Notes: a model not told the origin generated them from the letters alone. DNA of 64,000 nt from a candidate division FCPU426 bacterium (GCA_040756875.1 JBFLYH010000001.1:256001-320000), one strand, 5' to 3'; positions 54,367-64,000 are shown, counted from the stretch's first letter. A program made the numbers and translations.

Positions 54367-55203
54367 TCAGCCTTTCCGAAACAAGGCCAGGCCTTCGGCC
54401 ACGGGCGAAAGGCTGCTGCCCGCTCCGAAAACAAGCGGCGGGCATTCCTTGAGATGGGTTTTCCACCAGGCTTTATCCATCAGCCCCTGCATGTAGGTCT
54501 CGGATTCAGCCTCGTGGGTGAACACATACCCGCCTTTTTTAAGGCGCGGCCAGAGCGATTTCAGGCAGTCGCGGGCCGAGCTGATTAAATCCACGTCCAG
54601 CACGATAGCCGCCGGCTTCACGTTAAGCCGCGGCAGGGAGCGGTTGAAGAATCCGGGCACGAATTCGCAAACCTCGATCGCGCCGTATCGCGAGATGTTG
54701 CCCTTGATTTCGTCCAGCGTGGCCGCGTAGTCGCCTTCCTGGTAAGTATGCGTGCGCGAGTCGTTGAAGATCTTGACCTTGGCCTCGGATTTGGACGGCG
54801 CGGGCAGGCCCTGGAAGGAATCGCAGACGTAGAGCTTGCGTCCCGTAGCCCGGGCGATCAGCGACAGTTGGGCCGAAGAACCGCCCTTGAAGGAGCCGCA
54901 TTCCACGATGGGCCCGGCTACGTCCAGGTCCAGGAGGAATTTCGCGACCTGCGCGAAGTGGAAGGGGAAGTGCAGGCACAGGATGCTGCGGTAAATGGTC
55001 TTGAACCGCGCCAGCAAATCGGCGCGCAGGCGGCGCCTTTCGGGCGTGGCTGCTTCGGCGATGAATTTTTTTTCCTCGGCGCGCAAAAGCAGGAAGAGGG
55101 CGGCGGCTTTGGTCAGGCCGAAATACTTCAGCGCTTGGCGGGCGGCCCCGATAAAACCCGGGCGCATTTCGCGGTGGATGACAGGCTGGGACTCGTTGGG
55201 CAT
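54367..55203 (-). CDS. TylF/MycF/NovP-type O-methyltransferase
   Basis: GPIVECGSFKGGS, CDSFQGLP, GFF..SLP, LDVD, LWPRLKKGG. Confidence 0.85.
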   Translation of the reverse strand: MPNESQPVIHREMRPGFIGAARQALKYFGLTKAAALFLLLRAEEKKFIAEAATPERRRLRADLLARFKTIYRSILCLHFPFHFAQVAKFLLDLDVAGPIVECGSFKGGSSAQLSLIARATGRKLYVCDSFQGLPAPSKSEAKVKIFNDSRTHTYQEGDYAATLDEIKGNISRYGAIEVCEFVPGFFNRSLPRLNVKPAAIVLDVDLISSARDCLKSLWPRLKKGGYVFTHEAESETYMQGLMDKAWWKTHLKECPPLVFGAGSSLSPVAEGLALFRKG

Positions 55204-55299
55204 GCGGCAGCTCCGGAAAGGTGGAAGTCGGCGGAAACGAGGTTCCGCAGGTGAGGAAATTGTACGATAAATCCCAGCCGGCCGCAAAATGTTTCCGCG

Positions 55300-57231
55300 T
55301 CAGGGGTTCTTTTCTTTAGCGGCCGGTTTTTCCGGGGCGGAATCCTGGGCCGGCGCGGCGTGGGAACGCTCCGAGGCTTCGATGGCCTGGGTGGCCGCCT
55401 CGATGGCTTTGGTGGCCGCCACAATGACCTCGGCGGCCGCTGCGGCGGGTTTCGGGGATTCCGCAGCCGCTTCCTCCTTGCCGCCGCGCTTTTCCTGGTC
55501 CGCCTGCTGCTTGATCGCGGAAATGGCCTGGGTGGCCGCTTCCACGGCCTGGGTCGCAGCCGCCAGCACATCCTTGGGCGCCGGCGGCGCGGTTTCGGGC
55601 TTCACCAGCTTGAACCAGTAAAACGTGTGGGGGCCGAAGCTGAGGGTATAGGGGCTGTCCGTGATTTTGGGAAAATGGGCGCCGCCGATCAGTTCCACGG
55701 GCGTCCAGCCCGGGTATTTCTTCAGGTCGATCTGGGCGAACTGCACGTAGCGGGAGAGGTTGTTGACGATCAAAAGCGTTTCGTCCTGATACTCGCGGAT
55801 ATAGGCGAGGATTTTTTGGTTGCTCGGCGCCAGGAATTCCAGGGTGCCACGGCCGAAGGCCTTGTGCTGCTTGCGGGTCTGGATGAATTTCTTCATCCAG
55901 TTGAGGAAGGAGGTAGGCGTGCGTTTTTGCGCCTCCACGTTAACGGCCTGGTAACCGTAGACCGGGTCGCTGATGACCGGCGCATACAATTGGGCCGCGT
56001 CGGCCGTGGAGAAGCCGGCATTGCGGTCGCCGTTCCACTGCATGGGCGTGCGCACGCCGTTGCGATCCCCGAGATAGATGTTGTCGCCCATGCCGAGCTC
56101 GTCGCCGTAATAAATGACCGGCGTGCCGGGCATGGTGAACAGCAGGCTGTTGAGCAGCTCCAGCTGGCGGCGGCCGTTGTTCATCAGCGGCGCCAGGCGG
56201 TGACGGATGCCCAGGTTCAGCTTGGCCTTGGGATGCTTGGCGTACTCCCGGTACATATAATCGCGTTCTTCGTGGGTGACCATTTCCAGGGTCAGTTCGT
56301 CGTGGTTGCGCAAAAACAGGGCCCACTGGCAGTTGGCGGGCAGGGGCGGCGTCTGGCGCATGATGTCGATGATCGGCTTGCTGTCCTCCATGCGCAGGGC
56401 CATGAAAATCCGCGGCATGAGCGGGAAGTGGAAGGCCATGTGGCACTCGTCGCCGTCGCCGAAATAAGGCCGCACGTCCGCGGGCCACTGGTTGGCTTCG
56501 GCCAGCAGCACCTTGTTTTTGTATTTTTTGTCCAGCCGCTGGCGCAGGGCTTTGAGATAGGCGTGGGTTTCAGGGAGATTTTCGCAGTTGGTGCCGTCGC
56601 GTTCGAAAAGATAGGGCACGGCATCCAGCCGGAACCCGTCCACGCCCGTGTCCAGCCAGTAGGAGAGGGTGTTCAGCATGGTGCGGCAGACGATGGGATT
56701 GTCGTAATTCAGGTCCGGCTGGTGGCTGAAAAAGCGGTGCCAGTAATACTGCTTGGAGACCGGGTCCCAGGCCCAGTTGGATTTTTCGGTGTCTGTGAAG
56801 ATGACCCGCGCGCCCTCGTACCGCTTGCCCGGCTCGTCGATCCAGACGTAGAAATCGCGTTTTTTGGACTGGCGGGCCTGGCGGGCCTCCTGGAACCAGA
56901 CATGCTGGTCCGAAGTGTGGTTCATCACCAGCTCGATCAGCACGCGGATGTCGCGCTTGTGGGCCTCGCGCACGAAGCGGCGGAAATCCTTCAACGTGCC
57001 GTATTCCGGCTGGAGGCTGCGATAATCGGCGATGTCGTAGCCGTCGTCCTTCAGGGGGGATTTGTAAAAGGGGAGCAGCCAGATGCAATTGACGCCCAGT
57101 TCGTGCAAATAATCCAGTTTTTGGATCAGTCCCGGGAAGTCGCCGATGCCGTCGCCATTGCCGTCGGAGAAGGCTTTAACGTGCAGTTCGTAGATGACGG
57201 CGTCCTGGTACCAAAGAGGGTCGTTTTGCAT
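55300..57231 (-). CDS. treS: Trehalose synthase (maltose alpha-D-glucosyltransferase) with Ala-rich C-terminal tail
   Basis: WYQDAVIYE, GFRLDAVPYL, LAEANQWP, FLRNHDELTLE, RTPMQW. Confidence 0.93.
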   Translation of the reverse strand: MQNDPLWYQDAVIYELHVKAFSDGNGDGIGDFPGLIQKLDYLHELGVNCIWLLPFYKSPLKDDGYDIADYRSLQPEYGTLKDFRRFVREAHKRDIRVLIELVMNHTSDQHVWFQEARQARQSKKRDFYVWIDEPGKRYEGARVIFTDTEKSNWAWDPVSKQYYWHRFFSHQPDLNYDNPIVCRTMLNTLSYWLDTGVDGFRLDAVPYLFERDGTNCENLPETHAYLKALRQRLDKKYKNKVLLAEANQWPADVRPYFGDGDECHMAFHFPLMPRIFMALRMEDSKPIIDIMRQTPPLPANCQWALFLRNHDELTLEMVTHEERDYMYREYAKHPKAKLNLGIRHRLAPLMNNGRRQLELLNSLLFTMPGTPVIYYGDELGMGDNIYLGDRNGVRTPMQWNGDRNAGFSTADAAQLYAPVISDPVYGYQAVNVEAQKRTPTSFLNWMKKFIQTRKQHKAFGRGTLEFLAPSNQKILAYIREYQDETLLIVNNLSRYVQFAQIDLKKYPGWTPVELIGGAHFPKITDSPYTLSFGPHTFYWFKLVKPETAPPAPKDVLAAATQAVEAATQAISAIKQQADQEKRGGKEEAAAESPKPAAAAAEVIVAATKAIEAATQAIEASERSHAAPAQDSAPEKPAAKEKNP

Positions 57232-57358
57232 GCGGGTCTCCTTTTGCGCTGTGCAAATTTTACACTAGCCTGTCGGAATGTTGAAAGACAAAATGCGCTG
57301 CCATATAAACCGGGATAGAAGCCGCCGCCGGCGGCGCGGAGATTGTAGACGAAAAAAC

Positions 57359-57393
57359 TTGACCAATAAAATAAAACAGGTACTATATTACCT
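57359..57393 (+). promoter_or_regulatory. Sigma70-type promoter with overlapping inverted repeat
   Basis: TTGACC-N16-TACTAT; AGGTA-N6-TACCT (57378-57393) covers the -10. Confidence 0.5.
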
Positions 57394-57421
57394 AAATAGG
57401 ACGGGCTGAGGAGGCTGGATC

Positions 57422-58261
57422 ATGAAACGGAAGATCATACATATTGACGAAGACCGCTGCAACGGTTGCGCGGCCTGCATCCCGAACTGCCCGGAGGGAG
57501 CCCTGCAAATCATCGACGGCAAGGCCCGGCTGGTCTCTGATTTGTTCTGCGACGGCCTGGGCGCGTGCCTGGGGCATTGTCCGGAAGGCGCCATCCTCGT
57601 GGAAGAACGCGAAGCCGAGCCGTACGACGAAAGGCGGGTGATGGAAAACATCGTCCGCCAGGGCGCCGGCACCATCCGGGCGCACTTGATCCATTTGCAG
57701 GAACACGGGGAAGACGCGCTCTACCGCCAGGCGGCGGCCTACCTGCGCGAACAGGGGATCGGCAATCCCTGCGAAGATCCGGGCCCTTCCCGGGCCGAAC
57801 ACGGCGGGTGCCCCGGGTCCCGCCTGCGCACGCTGAAACCATCCGGCGCGGCGCCGGCTGCACCCTCGTCCGAACGGCCTTCGCAGCTGCAGAATTGGCC
57901 GATCCAAATCCACCTGGCCAATCCGCGGGCGCCCTATTTCCGCGGCGCCGACCTGCTGCTGGCCGCGGATTGCGCCGGATTCGCGGCGACAGACCTGCAC
58001 AACCAGTGGCTTGCAGGGCGCGTGACGCTCATCGGTTGCCCGAAGCTGGATGACACCGAAGCCTACCTTGAGAAATTGACGGCGATTTTTAAGCAGAACG
58101 AGCCCCGTTCCCTGACGGTTTTGCACATGGAAGTGCCGTGTTGCGGAGGCTTGGTGGCATTGGCCCGCGAGGCTTTGACGCGTTCCGGCGCCCAGACGCC
58201 GTTTACTGCCGTCCAGATCAGCCTGCAGGGCGAAATCCTTCGGTCCCTGCCCGTGGCATAA
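57422..58261 (+). CDS. 4Fe-4S dicluster-domain protein
   Basis: CNGCAACIPNCP, CDGLGACLGHCP, GCPGS, WPIQ, AADC, GCPKLD, MEVPCC. Confidence 0.9.
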   Translation: MKRKIIHIDEDRCNGCAACIPNCPEGALQIIDGKARLVSDLFCDGLGACLGHCPEGAILVEEREAEPYDERRVMENIVRQGAGTIRAHLIHLQEHGEDALYRQAAAYLREQGIGNPCEDPGPSRAEHGGCPGSRLRTLKPSGAAPAAPSSERPSQLQNWPIQIHLANPRAPYFRGADLLLAADCAGFAATDLHNQWLAGRVTLIGCPKLDDTEAYLEKLTAIFKQNEPRSLTVLHMEVPCCGGLVALAREALTRSGAQTPFTAVQISLQGEILRSLPVA

Positions 58262-58284
58262 AACCCAAATCTGTTTCTTGGGTT

Positions 58285-58312
58285 TTGTGCCGATCCCCAT
58301 CCGTGCTATAAT
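58285..58312 (+). promoter_or_regulatory. Extended -10 promoter for second tolC-RND operon
   Basis: TTGTGC-N16-TATAAT with TG at 58304-58305. Confidence 0.6.
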
Positions 58313-58384
58313 TCTGACTTCAATAACCGCCGGCTGTCCGCGCTTTCAGACTCAAGCGGACGGCCATTCGGGAAGGATGCCGAG

Positions 58385-59656
58385 ATGAAGGTTCGCCATT
58401 TTGGCTGGGTGCTAGGGTGCGTCGTCGGACTTGCAGGGGCGGCGCGTGCTTTGTCGAACATGACCTTGGCGGAATGTTACCAGGCGGCCCAAAAACAAAG
58501 CGAAATCCTGGCCGGCCAAACCGAGCTGGTCAACCAGGCGGAAGCCCGCTATCGCCAGGCCCTGGCGGCCGTGTTGCCCGGTCTTTCGCTGCAGGGAATT
58601 TACCTCCACCAACAGGAGAAGAGCGGCCCGGCGTCGGACCAGACCGTGGCCAAGCTGGCCGCGGTGCAACCGCTGTTCCGGGGGTTCCGGGAATACGCGG
58701 CCCTGCGCCAAACCCAAAACCTGATCACTGCCGAAAAAGAAGCCAGACAGTGGGCGAACCTGCAGCTTTATCAGGACGTGGCTGAGGCGTTCTACACCGT
58801 GCTCTCCCTGGAAACCGAGCAGGCGCACCTGGAGATCCAACTGCGCCTGTATGACCAGCGGATCAAAGATTTGCAGGACCGGGTGCGCATCGGCCGTTCG
58901 CGGGACAGTGAAGTTTTGTCGGTCCAATCCGCCCAGGCGGGTTTGCAGGCCCAGGTTCAGGAGCTGCAAGGCTTGATCGACGTGGCCAAGGAACTTTTGA
59001 CGTTCCTCACCGGCCTGCCGCGGGACAGCCAGTGCCAGGCTCCGGCGCCGTTTGCTCAGACTTTGGAGCCGGTGGAGACCTACCTCGACCGGGCGCAGAA
59101 CCGGCCGGATATCGCGGCAGCGCGCAGCCGGGTTGAAGCCGGCCGTGATGCTGTCGGGGTCGCTACGGGCGGGCATTGGCCCTCCCTGGATGCGAGCGCC
59201 AATTACTATCTGTATGAATCCGGCGTTTCCCAGGAAAACACCTGGGATGCACAGCTCGCCCTGACCCTGCCGCTGTTCTTGGGCGGGGCGGTGGCCGCCA
59301 CCACTGCCGAGGCCCAGGCGCAGCTCCGGCAGAACGAATTGACGTGGGAACGGTTGCGCCGCTCGGCCGAGCAGGAGATCCGCGGCCAATATGCCACAGT
59401 GCAGACCGGGCTGGCCCAGCGGCAGGCCTGGGAAAAAGCTTCGGCTCTGGCGCACCAAAACTATCTGGCCGTGGTGCGGGACTACAACCTGGGCCTGGCC
59501 ACGAACCTCGACGTATTGAAGGCTCTGGCCGACGACCAGGACGCCCTGCGCAGCCTCGACCGCGCGCGCTTCGGCGTCTGGATAGGCTATAGCCGCCTGT
59601 TGGCTTCCTCCGCCCTGGTCCCGGCGGCGGAGGTTGCCGGAAACCAACAGCCGTGA
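58385..59656 (+). CDS. TolC family outer-membrane efflux protein
   Basis: Signal ARA; QPLFRGF, RPDI, WPSL, LPLFLGG, YNLGLATNLDVL. Confidence 0.9.
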   Translation: MKVRHFGWVLGCVVGLAGAARALSNMTLAECYQAAQKQSEILAGQTELVNQAEARYRQALAAVLPGLSLQGIYLHQQEKSGPASDQTVAKLAAVQPLFRGFREYAALRQTQNLITAEKEARQWANLQLYQDVAEAFYTVLSLETEQAHLEIQLRLYDQRIKDLQDRVRIGRSRDSEVLSVQSAQAGLQAQVQELQGLIDVAKELLTFLTGLPRDSQCQAPAPFAQTLEPVETYLDRAQNRPDIAAARSRVEAGRDAVGVATGGHWPSLDASANYYLYESGVSQENTWDAQLALTLPLFLGGAVAATTAEAQAQLRQNELTWERLRRSAEQEIRGQYATVQTGLAQRQAWEKASALAHQNYLAVVRDYNLGLATNLDVLKALADDQDALRSLDRARFGVWIGYSRLLASSALVPAAEVAGNQQP

Positions 59657-62600
59657 CCCTCTCCGATCTTTCCATCCAACGGCCGGTTTTCGCCTGGATG
59701 CTGATGGCGTTTCTGATCGTTTTCGGCGGGCTGGCCTTTTCGCGCATGGGCGTGAGCCGCCTGCCGGACGTGGATTACCCCGTGATTTCGGTTTCATTGC
59801 AGCTTGAAGGCGCCGCGCCGGAGATCATGGAGACCGATGTGGTGGACGTGGTCGAGAGCGCCCTGATGACCATTCAGGGTGTGCGCACCATCAGTTCCTC
59901 GTCGCGCAACGGGTCGGCCCGCATTACCGTGGAGTTTGAACTCAACCGGAACATTGATCTGGCCCAGCAGGACGTGGAAGCCAAGCTGCAGCAAATACAG
60001 CGCAGGCTTCCCAACGATCTGGACCCGCCGTCAGTGTCCAAAACCAATCCTGAAGACCAGCCCATCCTCTGGCTCACCCTGGAAAGCGAAACCGTCCCCC
60101 GGCCCAAACTCATGGCCTATGTCCGGGACCAGTTGCAGGACAAGTTTACGACCATCAGCGGCGTGGGGGAGGTCCGGCTGGGCGGATACGTGGACCCCAA
60201 CCTGCGCATCTGGGTCTCGGGATCGGCCTTGAAGCGGTACTCCCTGACGGTCAACGACGTAGTCGCCACCGTGGCGCGCGAGCATTCCGAACTGCCGGCC
60301 GGCGTGCTGCAGAGCGGCAAACGCGAGTTCAACGTCCGCACCCTGGGCGAGGCCAGCACGGCCGAGGAATTCGAGAACCTGATCATCTCCCAGCGCGGCG
60401 GCCAGCCTAACTACGTGCCCATCAAGCTCAAACAGGTCGCCCGCATTGAGGAAGGGCTGGCGGACATCCGGCGCATCAGCCGGGGCATGGGACGTTCGGC
60501 CGTGGGGCTGGGCATCATCAAGCAGCGGGGCACCAACGAGGTGGAGGTGGCGCGGGCGGTCAAACGCCGCATGCGGGAACTCGGCCCGACGCTACCGGAG
60601 GGCATGGTGCTGGCCCTCAACGTGGACAACACCGAATTCACGGAGCGGTCCGTGGCGGACATGAATTTCACACTGGTCCTGTCCGCGGTGCTGACCGCCC
60701 TGGTCTGCTGGCTGTTCCTGGGTTCCTGGTCCTCCACCATCAACGTGTTGCTGGCGATCCCCACCTCGATCATCGGCAGTTTTCTGGTGCTGTATTTCGC
60801 CGGCTTCACCCTCAACCTGTTCACTCTGCTGGCTCTCTCCCTTGTCATCGGGATCGTGGTGGACGACGCCATCATGATGCTCGAGAACATCATGCGCCAC
60901 CGGGAACGGGGCGAAGGCCGCATGGCCGCCGCCCTCGTGGGTGCGCGGGAGATCACCTTCGCGGCCATCGCGGTCAGCCTGGCCATCGTGGCCATTTTTC
61001 TTCCCGTGGCGTTCATGCGGGGCGTCATCGGCAAATACTTCTTCCAATTCGGCGTAACCATCACCGTGGCCGTGCTGCTGTCGCTGCTGGAAGCCATCAC
61101 GCTCACACCCATGCGCTGTTCGCAGTTCCTGGAAGTCGGGGCCCGCACCACCTGGCTGGGCAAGGGGGTGGACGCCGCCTTCCGCAGCCTCAAAATTCTG
61201 TATCAGCGCCTGTTGGCAGGCGCCTTGAAGCACCGCTGGAAAGTCGTGCTGGTCTCGCTCCTCTTCTTCGCCTCTAGTTTCGCGACCCTCCCCCTGCTCA
61301 ATAAGGAATTCCTCCCGGCCGAGGACCAGAGCCGTTTCGGCGTCCGCCTACAGACCCCGGTCGGCTCGTCGCTCGAATACACGGACGCACAATTCAAACA
61401 AGCCGAGGCGTTCGTGCTTAAACGCCCCGAAGTAGAGCGCGTTTTCGCCATTGTGGGCGGGATGGGCGGCAGCGCGGTCAACCAGGGCATGCTTTTCATC
61501 ACCCTCAAGCCCAAGTCGCAGCGCCCCGTGGATCCCGAAGTGGGGCACCCCCTGACTCAGCAGGACATGATGGCCCTGTGCCGCAAGGTCATGAACCAGA
61601 TCCCGGACGTCAAGGCCGTGGTGCAGGATTTCTCCCTCAGAAGCTTCACCGCCTCGCGCGGGTTCCCGGTGGAATTCACGGTCCAGGGCCCGGATTGGGA
61701 TAAACTGGCGCAATACAGCGACCAGATGGCGCAGAAATTGGAAAAAACCGGCCTGGTCACGGACCTGGACGTGGATTACAAAGTCGGGCAGCCGGAGATC
61801 AAAGTGATCCCGGACCGCAACCGGGCGGCCACACACGGCGTCAGCGTGGCTTCGATCGGCGAGGTGGTGAATGCCACCATCGGCGGCGTGGTGGTCGGCA
61901 CCTACCCCAAGGGTGGCCACCGCTACGACATCCGCGTCAAGCTCGAGGAGGACGACCGGCCCCGTGATGAGCGGATCAAGGAATTGTTCGTGCGCAACAA
62001 CCGCGGCGAACTGATCCCGCTTTCCAGCGTGGTGCGCCTGGAGGAGCGGCCGACCCTGCAGCAGATCACGCGCCAGGACCGGCAGCGCGCCATTTCGGTG
62101 TTCGCCAATGTAGCGCAGGGGCAGTCCCAGGAAAAAGCCCTGGAAGCCGTGCGCCGGGTCGCCAAACGGATTTTGCCCGAGGACTATCACGTGGAGATCA
62201 GGGGCAGTGCCCAGACGTTCCGGGACTCCTTCCAGGACCTGTACCTGGCCATGGCGCTCGGCATTTTGGTGGCGTACATGATCCTGGCGTCCCAGTTCAA
62301 CAGCTACCTGGATCCGCTTTCGATCCTCATGGCCCTGCCGTTCAGCGTGTCCGGCGCCTTCCTCGCCCTGTTGCTAACGCACCAGTCCCTCAATATTTTC
62401 AGCCTCATCGGCCTGATCCTGCTGCTGGGCATCGTCAAAAAGAATTCGATTCTGCTGGTGGATTTCACCAACCACCTGCGGGAACAAGGGTGCAGCCTGC
62501 AGGAAGCCCTGCTGGAGGCCTGCCCGATCCGGTTGCGGCCGATTCTCATGACTTCGACCGCCATCATCGCCGCCTCCCTGCCCGTGGCCCTGGCCATCGG

Positions 62601-62814
62601 GCCGGGCGCCGAGAGCCGTGTGCCCATGGCCGTGGCAGTGATCGGCGGCGTGATCGTGTCCACGCTGCTGACGCTGTTCGTGGTACCCTGCGTATACAGC
62701 CTGTTTTCGAAACTGGAAGGGAAGCAGGCACACCGGGCCAACCTGGCGGCCGCGGTCGAGGCGGTGCAGTCTAAAACGCCCCGGGCCAGGCCCGGGAGCA
62801 GGAAGAACCGGTAA
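59653..62814 (+). CDS. RND efflux transporter, AcrB/AcrD/AcrF family
   Basis: 1053 aa; GIVVDDAIMMLEN, VKKNSIL, RLRPILMT; GTGA overlap with tolC. Confidence 0.95.
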   Translation: MTLSDLSIQRPVFAWMLMAFLIVFGGLAFSRMGVSRLPDVDYPVISVSLQLEGAAPEIMETDVVDVVESALMTIQGVRTISSSSRNGSARITVEFELNRNIDLAQQDVEAKLQQIQRRLPNDLDPPSVSKTNPEDQPILWLTLESETVPRPKLMAYVRDQLQDKFTTISGVGEVRLGGYVDPNLRIWVSGSALKRYSLTVNDVVATVAREHSELPAGVLQSGKREFNVRTLGEASTAEEFENLIISQRGGQPNYVPIKLKQVARIEEGLADIRRISRGMGRSAVGLGIIKQRGTNEVEVARAVKRRMRELGPTLPEGMVLALNVDNTEFTERSVADMNFTLVLSAVLTALVCWLFLGSWSSTINVLLAIPTSIIGSFLVLYFAGFTLNLFTLLALSLVIGIVVDDAIMMLENIMRHRERGEGRMAAALVGAREITFAAIAVSLAIVAIFLPVAFMRGVIGKYFFQFGVTITVAVLLSLLEAITLTPMRCSQFLEVGARTTWLGKGVDAAFRSLKILYQRLLAGALKHRWKVVLVSLLFFASSFATLPLLNKEFLPAEDQSRFGVRLQTPVGSSLEYTDAQFKQAEAFVLKRPEVERVFAIVGGMGGSAVNQGMLFITLKPKSQRPVDPEVGHPLTQQDMMALCRKVMNQIPDVKAVVQDFSLRSFTASRGFPVEFTVQGPDWDKLAQYSDQMAQKLEKTGLVTDLDVDYKVGQPEIKVIPDRNRAATHGVSVASIGEVVNATIGGVVVGTYPKGGHRYDIRVKLEEDDRPRDERIKELFVRNNRGELIPLSSVVRLEERPTLQQITRQDRQRAISVFANVAQGQSQEKALEAVRRVAKRILPEDYHVEIRGSAQTFRDSFQDLYLAMALGILVAYMILASQFNSYLDPLSILMALPFSVSGAFLALLLTHQSLNIFSLIGLILLLGIVKKNSILLVDFTNHLREQGCSLQEALLEACPIRLRPILMTSTAIIAASLPVALAIGPGAESRVPMAVAVIGGVIVSTLLTLFVVPCVYSLFSKLEGKQAHRANLAAAVEAVQSKTPRARPGSRKNR

Positions 62815-62905
62815 CCAGTAGGAAAAACCGAATCCCTCAGGCCATGACCTTCAACCTCCGGCTCCCGGGCCGGGGGCATCCAGGCCTGCGCGACAAAAGG
62901 CCTGG

Positions 62906-64000
62906 ATGCTTATGGACATATTATTCAACTTCGGACACCAGCCTCTCCGCTTTTCCCGTCCAACTCAGACCGTTGTCTGCCACGATCCGGCCGGTTTGCC
63001 GGGCGTTTTTCAACGTGTCGAGCGCTGGCTCAGGGCAGGCCATTACGTCGCCGGTTTTTTCAGTTATGAGGCGGGGTATGCCTTTGAACAACGCCTCGCT
63101 GATCCGCGGCCGCGGGCGTTCCCGCTGGCCATGCTGGGCGCCTATCCTCCTCCTGAACGCCGGCCGTTTGCGGAACGCGTGGACAGCGCCTATTGCCTCG
63201 ACGATATCCGGATTCGCACGCCGCGTTCGCGCTATGCCGAGGACATCCGGCGCATCCGCCGGTACATCTCCCGGGGAGACGTTTACCAGATCACCTATTG
63301 CATGAAAATGGGGTTCCGGTTTTCGGGCGATCCCCGCGCCTTGTTTTTCGATCTCTATCGGCACCAACCGGTCCCGTACGCCGCCTACCTGGATGCCAAG
63401 ACATTTCAGATTCTCTCCCTCTCGCCGGAACGCTTTCTGCGCAAACGGGGGGAAGCCATCCTGTCGGAACCGATGAAAGGCACCTGGCCCCGGGGAACCG
63501 GCCCTGCCGCGGACCGCAGGGCGCAGCAGCGGTTTCAACGGGACCGCAAGAACCGCGCGGAGAATGTCATGATCGCGGATTTGCTGCGCAATGATCTGGG
63601 GAGAATAGGCACGTGCATCCGGGCGCCGAAACTTTTTACGGTCACGCCGTACCGGACCCTGTTCCAAATGACCTCCACCGTTACCGGCAAAGTCCCTTCC
63701 CGGCTGCGGTTGCATGACCTGTTGGCTGCGGTTTTTCCCTCCGGTTCGGTGACCGGCGCGCCGAAAATACGCGCCATGCAGATCATCAGGGAGCTGGAGG
63801 TCGAGGAAAGGAAGATCTACACCGGGGCCATCGGTTATATCACGCCGAACCGGGATCTCTATTTCAACATTCCCATCCGGACATTGCTGATATCGGGCGG
63901 GTTTGGCGAAATGGGCGTGGGTGGCGGAATTGTTTGGGATTCGACGGTCCGGGGCGAGTGGGCCGAAGGCCTGCTAAAAGCCCGCTTCCTTTCCGATGTT
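62906..64000 (+). CDS. pabB: Aminodeoxychorismate synthase component I (3' truncated by window edge)
   Basis: Not in ORF track (no stop in window); hand translation gives AGFFSYEAG, GDVYQI, SPERFL, PMKGT, AENVMIADLLRNDLGRI, FPSGSVTGAPK, GVGGGIVWDS. Confidence 0.88.
   Translation, partial: MLMDILFNFGHQPLRFSRPTQTVVCHDPAGLPGVFQRVERWLRAGHYVAGFFSYEAGYAFEQRLADPRPRAFPLAMLGAYPPPERRPFAERVDSAYCLDDIRIRTPRSRYAEDIRRIRRYISRGDVYQITYCMKMGFRFSGDPRALFFDLYRHQPVPYAAYLDAKTFQILSLSPERFLRKRGEAILSEPMKGTWPRGTGPAADRRAQQRFQRDRKNRAENVMIADLLRNDLGRIGTCIRAPKLFTVTPYRTLFQMTSTVTGKVPSRLRLHDLLAAVFPSGSVTGAPKIRAMQIIRELEVEERKIYTGAIGYITPNRDLYFNIPIRTLLISGGFGEMGVGGGIVWDSTVRGEWAEGLLKARFLSDV

Noticed and set aside
62844-63786. Several short ORFs listed at the window end
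   Set aside because: Region is explained by pabB in an open frame running off the window

Overview
GC-rich (roughly 60-65% by eye) bacterial chromosome segment from a probably diderm, anaerobic organism (TolC proteins, [FeFe]-hydrogenase plus HydE). About 48 CDS; no rRNA, tRNA, CRISPR array, integrase, transposase or prophage was recognised. Contents in order: ABC permease fragment, radical SAM enzyme and esterase; TIGR03546-TIGR03545-fluC-DUF190 operon; an HTH-Fic protein with a degenerate active site coupled to an SH3/NlpC-P60 hydrolase; three paralogous secreted beta-helix proteins with Thr/Pro linkers and T9SS-CTD-like C-termini (a fourth near 50 kb); DUF2157-GDYXXLXY pair; a two-subunit NADH-linked [FeFe]-hydrogenase (NuoE-NuoF fusion plus HydA) with non-bifurcating signatures; EamA-hydE; cstA; CHASE2 adenylate cyclase-SH3-M48 peptidase; two TolC-RND pairs with no periplasmic adaptor gene; P-type ATPase-GH1-GT2; TylF-SDR-radical SAM; treS; and a truncated pabB missing from the ORF track. 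Non-coding features include three GTAG-type REP palindromes, a second palindromic repeat family and several candidate structured leaders. All family calls come from motif recognition by eye; no database search was run.
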